DNA from: Octopus bimaculoides
Taxonomy: Eukaryota
Direction of reading: 5' to 3'
DNA: 63,604 nt
Assembly (NCBI RefSeq): GCF_001194135.2
Contig: NC_068985.1
Span: 108,658,706 to 108,722,309, forward strand
Shown: positions 38,137-49,399 of the stretch, in pieces
Layout of the letters: the number at the start of each line of letters is the position of its first letter
Position numbering within the stretch: position 1 is the stretch's first letter
Notes under the pieces: model-generated
Told to the model about the DNA's origin: nothing
Database searches by the model: none
Seen by the model: only the letters and a program-made list of their open reading frames with translations
Position numbers and translations under genes: made by a program

Positions 38137-41100
38137 GAGTATATGCATATATATGTACATGTATGTACATACCTTCATCTACATGTATATATAGATGCAT
38201 ATCTGGGCACAGGACGTACAAAAAAGTGGACAAAATGATAAACAGGGTACAGAGAACACACAGTCCACATAGAGAACATTTCCTTCATCAGCTGCCACTA
38301 ATCTAACATTGGCGTTTCGAAGAGCTAGGGCATATATATATATAATATTGCTGCCTATCTTATAAACCTCAGAATTGTTAAGGTGGAACTTAACATTGAA
38401 TTTAAAATAAAAGGGGACGAAGCAAATTATTGTAGAGCATTTAGTCTGGCACTCTACTACTTTGGACGCGTCAAAGTAGTCGCAGGAATGGCTGACTGTG
38501 TGGTTAAGAGAATCGCTTTGCCACCGTGTGAAACACAGTTAAAACTTCCGGTGGTCTGAGAATGTGGGCCACTGTGGTTCTTTGCTTATTATGTTTACTT
38601 TCGTCGTTGTTGCAGTTCGTAAAGCATGACGTTATAGCGTCCCATCAGATTTTGTCACAAAATATTCGGTGTTAGTGTCTATAGAAAGAAAGGCCTGTTA
38701 TTGCCTTGTGTGTTATGGAAACAAAATTAGGATCGTCATACTTTTCTTAATGCCCCACTTTGAAAATGATAAAAAAAGCTCTGCAGCCGAGAAGGCTTAT
38801 TGTTTTTGTTTTAAGCCGTTTGCTTTCCAAACCGGCTTCGTGTTTAGTCTACAGACCTCGCTGGGTCTTCAAGTCTAAGATGAGGTCAGTATCCATGTTT
38901 TAGGCATTTTTCTTCTTGCTTAACTTATGTACAAAGTAAAATTTACCCGGGAATAGATTCATTTTGCCGATATAAAATTATATATTTATTCTTGCAGGGA
39001 AATAGCACAGGAGTGTTATACCGTAAAACCTGTTGAAGTATGGCCCAGAAATGGATCTTATAGTACTAGTGACAAGTTCTTGTCAGAGAGCATACAAATT
39101 GAATAGCCTATAATTTTACAATTTATAGTATATGAGACCAATTACTATATTTTCCTTTTCCTTTTAATTTCATTGAAATATTTTAGCACTTATGAAAGGA
39201 ACGCTGGTTCTACTTACCAAATTCTCTGGCCAGGTATCTAGCGATGGACATGCTTTGAGGAAACTGGGTTCGGTTATCAATCTCCAAGACTGGTAACATA
39301 GAACATGGCATTCCTGAAATTAAAGTTAACAGAAACAAAGTTTATACATGGAAATATAAAAACCACTGAAGTTTTGACAATCTGTTCATAAGTCAAAAGT
39401 CATATAATATAAATAATATCAGATTGTGTCAGCACTAATTTTAGAGAGAAAACACCAACAGACTTACTGATTAAATTATTGTTCCTTTTCTGTTTGGAAA
39501 TAGTACTTGTTATATCAAATATCATCTACATAGAAATTTTAGCTGTTAATTTGAAAATTAATTTAATGGTGTGCATGTCTGTAGAATTCACATCCACTTA
39601 CTACTTAATCTAGGTGCAGGTAATTCGAATGATCGATCAACTGAATCCTCAGCGTCGAATGATAAAAATCCTTCTCTAAGATGATTAGTTGGAGAGTTGC
39701 CAAGATTCATATAATAATGTTATTTCAATCATGATTGTAAGAGCACTAGATTTACTCATTATTGGAGTAAAGTAATTGTATATCTTTAAAAGTAAGCAGA
39801 ATGATTTTTTAGAATAGATTCAAGAGACCACTTAATGATAGACGAGTTGAGAAGACATGGAGAAAAGGGCTTAGACAGAGACCACCCCGTCTTTTATTGA
39901 AATGGAATCTATGAAATAGAGTTACAAATTTTCTCCTACGGTAGTTTTTATAAACAAGCTTGGAATGATTATATATAAAATGGGTGTTAGTATAGAAGAT
40001 GTAATTAGACCAAAAGTTTTAATTAAAATCGTGCCGTCAGTAATGAGGACTGAAATTTCTAAATGATTAAGATTTAAAAAGTTAAGGGAGATGATAGCGA
40101 AATTTTAATTAATTATCGTTTATCACATATGGAAAACAGTAGGAATTTAGCCTCATCTTTGGTAATATAATGATAACTCTGGACAAGAGCAGTATTATTA
40201 TTATTATTGTATTATTATTAAACCTCTATAACTAAGTTTAGTATTATTAAACTAATAATATAGTATAGTATTATTAAACTAATAATATAGTATAGTATTA
40301 TTAAACTAATAATATAGTATAGTATCATTAAACTATATTGATATAGTATAGTATTATTAAACATAGTATTATTAGACCTCTATAACTAAGCTTGGTCTTA
40401 TTTGCTTAGATAACAAAAGATGTATATAAAATATACTAATACCTTTTTTAAAATTGATGCCTATGTTGTAAAGTATAATTTATTTAATGCTTATATGCGA
40501 TTTGATAGTTAATGAGAATGTAACCCAAACTTATCGTGTCATTTCGAAGCATGATTCCCGAAATACTTATACAAATATGTTCAACTCATCTCTGATTATA
40601 AGAACGGATTTCTAAATCTTGGAACCTGTGAGATATACCCAATCACTTTCACTGCTCTGTGCTTAAGAATAAAGATATTTACACGTGAAATGTTCATTAT
40701 CCCAAGATGAAAATAAGTACCATACTATAAAAGGCATTTTAACAAAAAAAAACAAAACAAAAAAAGCATTTTAAACACTGAAACACTGGCAATTATTGTG
40801 CTAAAACGAGATGCTTTATTCCAGTTCACTTGTGGTTGCTCTGATGACACGATCGATATATTATCCATACAACCGTGAGTTCTTTTATTCCACTACCCTT
40901 ACTGAGTGGAATTTTTATTGCTATTATTGATTAACCTTATTCAGCGTCGGCCGAGTAGATGCATACACTTTGATGGTATAACTCAACGAACGCTTGAAAC
41001 AGTCGTATAAATCTTCCACCATCTTCGACATTTTTATTGCAGGACATTCTCCTGTATCGACTTAGCAATGAAATCCTGCTACACATAGGGCTAAAAGAGC

Positions 41101-42944
41101 TGAACGACAATTGAGTGTATCTACAAAAGACGTCTATTCTTTATGACGTGATAATTTCAGCGCCGTTTATCTAACAACTGGTGACCTAGGTGAACACATA
41201 CGGTGGAATCACTCATTAAGTAACTTTAGATAAGCTGTCTGTTAGAACGATTTCAAAGGTCCAATTGGAAAAACATGGGTGATGTCTAACAGAAAAAATT
41301 AAGGTTAAAATCGTTAGAATAGTGAACATCCCACCTTTATGCAAATAACAAGGCAGAATTTCTGTTGCAGAGATTCAAGAAGAGAAAGCAGTACGCGTAA
41401 ATGTCTTTCGCCATTTTGTAAACGAAACACGAGTGAGTATGCGATGTAGGTGTTAACGTGCTTTGTATAGTAAATTAAGAAACTTAATTCATTAAAATTA
41501 CTGACATGGATATGAAATTATTAATTAAACGTCTAGTTCAGGTAAACAATAATTAGGAATACAACTTCGATATTAGATGAAATTAAAATTAATTACGTTA
41601 TAATTAATTGATTGTGAAATGTTACATAAAAAACATTAATGACTTGAGAATTGTTAGGAGTTATGTCACTGAATTATGAATGGTTTATATGTTAAACGAT
41701 TACGTGAAATTAGATATAGATGACCGCTGCATGGAAAATTTAAACTAAAGTTGTTAGTAGGATATTTGTAAACCAAGTCTTTTAATTAATACTGCACTAT
41801 TGGTGATAAGGAGAGTCGTTATCTCAAAGACTAATTATAGTAAAAACTGGCGTATAAGTATGTTTCAATCTTTTCCTTTTAATTATGTGAATTCTTCCTA
41901 CAAAGATAGAGCTAATAGAAAGAATAGTGACTGTTGAACCATACACACAGAAATTTAACATTCTTTGGGGTGATATATCTTTTGTTCTGTTTATTTAGTG
42001 CAGTAAAATTGCTACTAGTATACGGTTTGATATGTTTATGCAACACATTTTATAATATCCATTTAATTTGATGTGGATATGCAAACATAACGATACTCGA
42101 TATAATCTTAAAGAGTTGATGTCATCTCTGAAAGTCACTTAGCAATAATGTGACGAACATGTTCAGATTGGAAACCTGTTAAGGTTATCTCTAGAGATTT
42201 TCTATGGAAATTATAGACAGCACCGATTTTATTATGACGTATTAGTGTTGGCTATAATTTCTATAGAAAATCTGTAGAGATAACCTAAACAACTAATGTA
42301 AGAGCACTGCTAACACAGTAGAGTCCAATATTAACTTACAAAAAACGTTTAATATACTTTAGAGTATATTATAATTGCATAGCGAAGTACCGCATCCATA
42401 CAAGTCACCAGGCTAGAAGCTGTTTTGCAGTTTTAATCGAGAAACAAATCAGAATCCATTAAAACAAGCAGTGGCTTAATGGTGTGGAAGGTGGACTCCC
42501 GCGTCAACAGTTCAGCATGATACAGCTTGCTGTACTGCGATCTTAGTTCAATGGTCAAGAAAGTGTGATGGTATTAATGTTGGGGGTTCTTGATTAGCTG
42601 AACAATCTGCATGATGAATATTATTAAAGTGGCGATGGTCTGTAGAGAACCAGTCCTACATTTTCATCTTCCAAACTTATATTGTTCTGGGACGAGTGCC
42701 AGAAGAACAGTAGTTATCGGGACGCAGAGTTTACATGGAATTACTATCACTTTGATGAGCAACTACAAAGTTGGAAGACTTTCATCTGCCCTAAGTCCGT
42801 TGGAGTGTATCCGAGCAATCGTCTTTCGGTAACAGTTTCCTGACGTGCAAGTCAGTACTTAGCAGGAACTTTACCAAGTGCCAAAAGACCTGATCAGAGC
42901 AGACATATAAACAACAATGGCTGAGGAGTATGTATGTATGTATT

Positions 42945-42978
<34 letters not shown>

Positions 42979-43303
42979 TACATACATAGTATATACATGT
43001 ATACGATTGCATGTGTGCAAACAGAAAAAATATATACTAATCAAGGCGTGTGGTCTCATGATATGAATTATTGATGGTTAGGATGTGAGTTCAATTTTTC
43101 TGCCAAGTAACGCGTTTGAACAGCTGAAAATGAGAGAGTGGAAAATCCGCAATGGGCCAGCAAGAGGTTTAGTGATGTATCTTCCTCTGTACGTCACTTA
43201 AATACGATATATATATATATATTTATATATTTGTATGTATGTATTATGTATATATGTATGTACGTAACGTATATTTATGCATACGCATATATATTGTATA
43301 TGA

Positions 43304-43360
<57 letters not shown>

Positions 43361-43657
43361 NNNNNNNNNNNNNNNNNNNNNNNNNNNNNNNNNNNNNNNN
43401 NNNNNNNNNNNNNNNNNNNNNNNNNNNNNNNNNNNNNNNNNNNNNNNNNNNNNNNNNNNNNNNNNNNNNNNNNNNNNNNNNNNNNNNNNNNNNNNNNNNN
43501 NNNNNNNNNNNNNNNNNNNNNNNNNNNNNNNNNNNNNNNNNNNNNNNNNNNNNNNNNNNNNNNNNNNNNNNNNNNNNNNNNNNNNNNNNNNNNNNNNNNN
43601 NNNNNNNNNNNNNNNNNNNNNNNNNNNNNNNNNNNNNNNNNNNNNNNNNNNNNNNNN

Positions 43658-43717
<60 letters not shown>

Positions 43718-43766
43718 GCATTCATATATATGTATGTAATTATGTATGTATTTGTGGATGGATGGA

Positions 43767-43797
<31 letters not shown>

Positions 43798-43957
43798 ATG
43801 TCTAATATACATTAGGGTACTTACTGCTTCTCATGTTGTTCCATTCTGAATATTCGATCCTGCGGTCGTTGTACTTGACACCGGCAGCTGCGAACAGCAT
43901 ACGGCATACCTCAGCACGGCCACGGTGGTTGAAGTAGTGGAGAGTATAGGAAGGCAT
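32976..43957 (-). CDS. S-crystallin (glutathione S-transferase sigma-derived cephalopod lens crystallin), long-loop type; spliced CDS of 6 exons, 215 aa
   Basis: Hand-spliced exons 43957-43825, 39313-39218, 37203-37088, 35748-35719, 35266-35159 and 33140-32976 sum to 648 nt with no internal stop. All 5 introns are GT...AG with compatible phases (1,1,0,0,0). The translation matches the S-crystallin family pattern I recall ([16 protein letters not shown]..., [17 protein letters not shown], [37 protein letters not shown]). The specific paralog cannot be assigned without a search. Confidence 0.97.
34590..34940 (-). mobile_element. Family B SINE in the last S-crystallin intron
   Basis: cagtcactggactgaaaccatgcc tail; agtttccgtctgccaaattcac CORE-adjacent segment. 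Confidence 0.7.
35159..35266 (-). CDS. S-crystallin coding exon 5 (108 nt): [36 protein letters not shown]
   Basis: Acceptor ttttatctatcttttccag|CCT, donor CAG|gtacgt; family-typical ETCxRxLPxxERTLEM...YFMGDQ. Confidence 0.97.
35719..35748 (-). CDS. S-crystallin coding exon 4, 30-nt loop micro-exon: [10 protein letters not shown]
   Basis: Acceptor gtttcttctattttccag|TTC, donor TCC|gtaagt; phase 0/0; the peptide resembles the S-crystallin insert peptide (recalled as FQRSRDMSSS-type). Confidence 0.93.
37088..37203 (-). CDS. S-crystallin coding exon 3 (116 nt): (G)[38 protein letters not shown]
   Basis: Acceptor tttcatatttttaaaag|GT, donor AGG|gtgagg; lies within listed ORF 36986..37234(-); the other two frames contain stops. 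Confidence 0.97.
37305..38062 (-). mobile_element. SINE stack in coding intron 2: family A (37305-37500), family B (37545-37870), family A (37870-38062)
   Basis: Recognisable family A heads (gctaagcatttt..cccggcgtgctaacgattctgccagctcgcc) and family B body. Confidence 0.8.
39218..39313 (-). CDS. S-crystallin coding exon 2 (96 nt): (R)[31 protein letters not shown](G)
   Basis: Acceptor ctttaatttcag|GA, donor TTTG|gtaagt; GST cis-Pro motif (LP) and QS motif present. Confidence 0.97.
40212..40390. repeat. 27-bp minisatellite (~4 copies of gtattattaaactaataatatagtata) bracketed by a direct repeat
   Basis: Units start at 40241, 40268, 40295 and 40322; bracket tattatta(a/g)acctctataactaag. Confidence 0.85.
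42177..42291. other. Long inverted repeat (47-bp arms, 5 mismatches, 21-nt spacer) in S-crystallin coding intron 1
   Basis: ggttatctctagagattttctatggaaattatagacagcac versus the reverse complement of gtgttggctataatttctatagaaaatctgtagagataacc. Confidence 0.9.
43825..43957 (-). CDS. S-crystallin coding exon 1 (aa 1-44 + 1 nt): [44 protein letters not shown]
   Basis: ATG at 43957-43955 (context CCAACT-ATG-C); donor GCA|gtaagt at 43824; contains the GST N-terminal Tyr8. Confidence 0.97.
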
Positions 43958-44030
43958 AGTTGGATTGTCTGATGCTCTTACGGCGTCGGTCTGGAAATAC
44001 TATATTAGCTGCTGTGAGTTAACAGTATTA

Positions 44031-44059
44031 TGAAGACAACCTGCAACGGAGGTTATATA
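44031..44059 (-). promoter_or_regulatory. Candidate core promoter: TATATAA (44059-44053) and Inr-like TCATA (A at 44031)
   Basis: 28 nt TATA-to-Inr spacing; would give a ~74-nt 5'UTR. Competes with an upstream-exon model (see findings). Confidence 0.45.
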
Positions 44060-44118
44060 TATACATGTGCTTGTGGGTCTATATAAATATATAAATCTAT
44101 ACATAAAGGCTAACTTAC

Positions 44119-44137
44119 CTATGGGTCTTAGTCATTG
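44119..44137 (-). other. Candidate upstream non-coding exon end (donor TAG|gtaagt at 44118) splicing to acceptor tatttccag| at 43991
   Basis: Consensus donor 128 nt upstream of a reasonable acceptor; possible own acceptor ctaactctcattag| at 44138. Confidence 0.4.
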
Positions 44138-44740
44138 CTAATGAGAGTTAGTTTTCGAGCCAAAATTTGGAATTGGTAGATCAACAAGAGAGAATTAGCA
44201 GGACATTTGGTATAATTAACGCAACTACACTTGGTGACATAATCATTCAATTTGGTTATTTTGTTCTTTGAATTTTTCATTACGTATATTTTATTTTTGT
44301 TCAATAGTATTTTCATTTCTTTTCTTTTTTTCTTTTTAAGAACGAGGTTATATGTATCTTCGACGGTTAGTGTACTAGCAGTGAAAGAAAAAAAGAAATA
44401 CAATTCACATGGCTCTTCTGACATAAGTTGGCATTTGATGTGGTTCATGTCATTCAAAGAATAGTGTTTATTGTAACGTCAAATAATGATATTAGAGACA
44501 TTTTCATTCATTCTGATTTGATATAACGCACACGTTCTCATTAATCCTTTCCTAATTTCCGATTCTATATTTAACCATTCAATTTAAGTTTCGTTTAACA
44601 TAATTTATTACAAGTATTACTTTGTTTTCTTAGTCCTAATGTTGTAATTTTTATAAGAATATAAGCAGTATTACTAATGAAAAAGTCAGTACATATGTAT
44701 CTCTATGTGTATGTATGCGTGTGTATGCATGCATGTTTGT

Positions 44741-44772
<32 letters not shown>

Positions 44773-44858
44773 NNNNNNNNNNNNNNNNNNNNNNNNNNNN
44801 NNNNNNNNNNNNNNNNNNNNNNNNNNNNNNNNNNNNNNNNNNNNNNNNNNNNNNNNAA

Positions 44859-44942
44859 TCTGTTCCGGCATCTCATCAGTTAATAAGACAAAATGCTATA
44901 CATGTGCTTTTGTCTTAATAGCGGATGAGATGCCGGAGCAGA
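44859..44942. other. 84-nt hairpin (35-bp arms, 4 differences, 14-nt loop), pre-miRNA-like or foldback remnant
   Basis: tctgttccggcatctcatcagttaataagacaaaa / ttttgtcttaatagcggatgagatgccggagcaga. Confidence 0.85.
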
Positions 44943-45559
44943 CTTCAGCCCCGGTATCCGAAACTCTGAGTTTTATTATGACAACCAACTAATTGTCATA
45001 TATTATATTTATAGATAAATTCCTCTATTTTACATAATATTGAAGTCTCATTCATTCTTCTGTTGTCGCATTATTATTATTATCATTATTATTATTTTAT
45101 GTTTGACTTTTGTTTTGCATTTGTACAAGTTGGATCCACGTCTCACCCAGAGACCTCAAGAGACAACAAGTTAGAAGTTCATGTAGGTGTTATGCCTAGG
45201 GTACCATATATTTGGATTTGTACATTTGGATTTGTACTAGAGAATGTTTAAGAAACCATAAGAAAATTGTGTTTGTTTCAAAATTTGAGATCGCATAGAC
45301 AGTATTTTTATTATTATAGACATTATTATTATTATTATATAGTCACATATAAATATATATTCATATAAATATATATACAGATACACACACAAGCACGCAC
45401 ATACACACACACACGTATATATATATATATATACATACACATATATACAATCATATGTATATGTATGTATGCATGTATGGATATATCAGTTTATCGGTGT
45501 ATCACTGTATCGACCAGACAATCAAAAGTTACACATCGCTGGTTACAATGCAGTTTCAA

Positions 45560-45960
45560 TTCTTTCTGAATTGCGACATTGTTTTCAATCTTTGCTCAAA
45601 TCTTTAACTAAATCGTCTTCTGAGCTGCTTTTCGGATCTGTTGGATATTACTCGGCAACTACACGAGTCCATATTTAGTCTGTGGATCTTACAATAAGTC
45701 TGACCGTACGGTATTTGTTCTTTCAGTATTCTGCGATGAAGTCGTTTTTCACCTCCTTTTCCGAATCATTTCATTTTGTATATGCTCTTGCAATGGTATT
45801 CCTCGCTCATTTTCAAAGGCTCATTTTCTGGCCATTTGCGTTGTAGCCAATTGATCTTCCTCACATTTCGCAGTAGCTCACGTTTCACTTGTGTATAATA
45901 CTAAAAGCAGGACGGTGCTATTGGTGAGTCTGGCAGATGTGGTCATGTCTAGCATTGCTC
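45560..45960 (-). mobile_element. RTE-clade LINE 3' fragment, degenerate
   Basis: NSTVLLLVLYTSETWA...HIQNEMIRKRR...SDLL*DP, matching the RTE C-terminal pattern (YGSETW...NEEIR...LLWxP). Confidence 0.65.
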
Positions 45961-46049
45961 TGAGCACTTTCTGTCTTTATTGATTCATGCTGACTTGCGG
46001 GCTTTCAAAGAATTATACAAACGCTGCAGTTGTTGAGCATAAAGTTTAG

Positions 46050-46565
46050 CGTTCACAGTATGACAATTTTGGTCAAGCAAAAAGTGCAACGCCCCTACAA
46101 AATTCCACCGAAACAACCCTTGTTTGACAGCAGGTTCTGAAGACTAGCTACAACGAATCCACTGATTTCTCTTATTAGGATTGCGAAAGTAGATCCATTG
46201 TTTATCTTCAGTTACAATTCGACTCCAAAATCGGGCATCTCAACGATTTGCTAGCAGTTGTTTGCAAAACGTTCACACGTTGGAACTTGAACATTGGGTA
46301 GCTCATAAGGAGCTTCTCGGCAGCATCTGTACTCTGGGCCGAGCTTATAGAGTTGTAGATTGAAGGTGTTTTGTGAAGGAACAAGTTCTGCAGACAATGA
46401 ACGTGTGCTTGTGCCTGGCTGCTGTTCAATCTTTTCTAGCAAAGCCACATCTAAGTCAGAAGGTCTTCCTGACGTTTGTTTCTCTTCGAAAGTCGTGTCA
46501 CATTCGAAGAAATCTCTGAACCAGTTTTGTGCCACACGTTGGTTGACAGTTCCTGGGTCACCCAC
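46050..46565 (-). mobile_element. Mariner transposase remnant (HTH to start of catalytic domain)
   Basis: WFRDFFECDTTFEEKQTSGRP...STRSLSAEL...YEL, matching mariner WFxRF...D..RSGRP and WVPHEL regions; listed ORF 46251..46565. Confidence 0.85.
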
Positions 46566-46606
46566 ATCATTATTTTCTTACACTTTCATATATAAAAGAG
46601 AGGAAA

Positions 46607-46653
<47 letters not shown>

Positions 46654-47364
46654 GAGAGAAAGTGAGTGAGTTCTAAGAGTTTAGCGACGATAAAACAAAT
46701 TCTTGGGCGTATTATTCGCAAGTAATTGAATTATCCTTCCTAGAGACTTGGTCCGACAAGTTTCAAGGGCTGTACAATGTTTCGGACTCGGTTTGTATGT
46801 GAACCTGATGGTGAGCATAGCAGATAGGGAAGTGATATGTGTGTTAATCTTTTTTCTTGCTTTATGATCTGAAATATATCCAGAGTTGTTGTTCATTCCC
46901 AGGTGAGTTACGATCAAACACTCATATGATAATGTATGTTCCAAATATGACAATCCAGAGAACTCCATAGTGAATGTTCCACCGACCTCATTGCCTAACT
47001 GGCAGAGAGTTGTGAGCGCTTGCCGACATTTCAGGTGCCAAACGCCCTTTCTTGTTCTACGCTTGAACCAAGACTGTACCTCTAACAATGAGACGGGCTA
47101 CAGAAAATCCTGTGTGACAGACGGTGACCACACCTGTTTACCGTTAAGAAAGCGCTGGAGATGTCGCAGCCTCAGCGCGTGTCTGTGCATCATTAGCCAC
47201 GGCATGCTCAGCCCTCCACTCAGCGGCTGTTGACAACAGTGGAATCACCTGAGAAGCGGAACACGTCCCTTCGACAGACAGCGGAAGAGCAAGTGCTCCA
47301 ATCACGAAGCAGGGCAAGGGACGACGACCAGTCGGTCGTAGATGACGGAAGCAATGTGCGCATT

Positions 47365-47670
47365 CACCTCGGCGGAATTTGAACTCAGAACATAACGACA
47401 GCAGAAATGCCGCTAAGCATTTCGCCCAGCGTGCTAACGATTCTGCCAGCTCGATGCTTTAATAACAACAATAACAACAACATCATCATCATCATCATCA
47501 ACAACAACAGCAACAACAATAACAACAAAGGTTTAAAATTTTGGCACAAGGTCAACGATTCCGGAGAGGGTTAAGACGATTACATCCACTCCAGTGTTCA
47601 ACCGGTACTTATCTTTCTCCTTGTTGAGCGACCCCGAAATAATGAAAGGCGTAATTTGAACTCAAAGCAT
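47365..47670 (-). mobile_element. Two family A SINE fragments separated by (AAC/ATC)n
   Basis: ggcggaatttgaactcagaac...gctaagcatttcgccc...ctgccagctcg. Confidence 0.75.
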
Positions 47671-48710
47671 AGCCCAGACATTTCTTTCCTATATCCTGAA
47701 TGATGTTATACATTTTTGTTGAAGCGCATCCAAAAGTTAAATACTAAGTATAAAAAAGAAATACAATTTTCCAACATTTATGGTAATGACTATTGTCTGT
47801 AAATTGCATGTTTTCTATTTTTCTATATTTTATATTTTTATGTATTTTTTCTACTTCGATTTGAATTATCAACATTAATGAATATATTAATCCAAGAGAA
47901 TCATATTCATACAAGAGCTATAACAGCTACTTCTTAGCTTGAAGCTTACTTTTCTTAAAATATAATTGACCCCTACATAACTCACAGGCAATTTTGATTA
48001 AATAATTGATTGAAGGTATTTTACAATAGTCTCCATATGTTTCTCCTAGACTCCATAAGTCTAGTGCGACAAACAAAATATTTCAATATATCCATGATAT
48101 ATCTGTCATATTATATGAGCTATCATACAATAAACAAAATCTATGGGGGAATTTTAAGAAAAAATATGCAAATTATCGTATCAAATCTTGCTTTACATTG
48201 TACTAACCAAGGCTTATATCTGCCTAATTTTTTCATCGGTGGGCAGATATAGTTTCTTTTTTCACAGAAAGTATAAAGTCATTGGTTTGTTTAGGCTCCA
48301 AATGTCAGGGTAATTCCGGCAGACGAAACACATGTCGAGACAGCGGTGTACCAGAATCCGTTGTGCCAGTGATCCAAATGTGTCATGAACATACTGCAAC
48401 CATGAAAGAGAATATTTGTTCTCCTGTGGGATGTGGAATGTCTCGAGACTAAAAAAGCAAAGTATCGTTTCATTCACGGTATTAATAACGATTTTTCTTT
48501 GATACTGTAGAGCGGGGCAAGCTGAGTGTCATGAGCAAAACACTGAATGATCTTAATTTGTTTCTAATAAAAATTCATTGTCATCTTAACGTCCCGGCCT
48601 AATGTTAAGCCGATAGAAAACCTCTGTAGTGTAGACTGCCGTAACATCTAAGATCCGAAAACGTCGATAATCAAACATCGCTGTAGTGTAATTAAGAATT
48701 TTATAAGCGA

Positions 48711-49125
48711 TAGCTCGGTTTTGCGGATAAGAAACTTGCTTTACAACCATATGGTTTCGTATTCAGTCCCATTGTGCAGCATGCTGAGCGGGTCAAAGTC
48801 TTGTGAATGAATTTGATAGATCGGAAAGTTGTATGAAATCTCAGCATGTGTTTGTGTATATATTAATATAAATGTGTATATATTACTATATATCACTCTA
48901 AGTGTGGTGGTGGTGGTGGTGTGTGAGTGTGTGTGTGTGTATGTGTGACTTTGTGTCTATGTTGTGTTTGTCTCCTATCAATGTTTTGCGACTGATAGAA
49001 TAAGTACCAGACTTTAAAATAAATAGTGAGTTCCATTTCTCCGAAGAGAAAAAAATAAATAAAAGCCTTCAATATAGAGCTCCAGCATGGTCGCAGTCCA
49101 AAAACTGAAACAAATAAAAGAATGA
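48711..49125 (+). mobile_element. Family B SINE
   Basis: cttgctttacaaccatatggtttcgtattcagtccc head; gctccagcatggtcgcagtc tail. Confidence 0.75.
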
Positions 49126-49399
49126 AATATACAAGCTAAATCCTAAAAACGAAATCCTATTCATCACTGTCAGAGCCTCACTGCATCCATATTTTACAAC
49201 TGTCACAAAATCATTTCTTTGAGCAAAGGTTATCACCCGACTATTAATTTGTGACTATATATTTCTGAACAGGAAACCGTCCATTGTGTTAATAATAATG
49301 TTTCCAGACTGATTGTGAATATACTTCGCCCTGAATTCTAAACGCAGTGTAAAAATGAAAACATACAACTGTAATAGAGATTTCAGCCATTCGTTCGCT

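Noticed and set aside
33141-39217. All recognisable intronic SINEs are sense to the gene
   Set aside because: The whole window shows a minus-strand excess and the numbers are too small to be meaningful.
42400-42860. GC-richer intronic segment suspected to be LINE or LTR derived
   Set aside because: No frame gave a recognisable RT, EN or RNase H motif.
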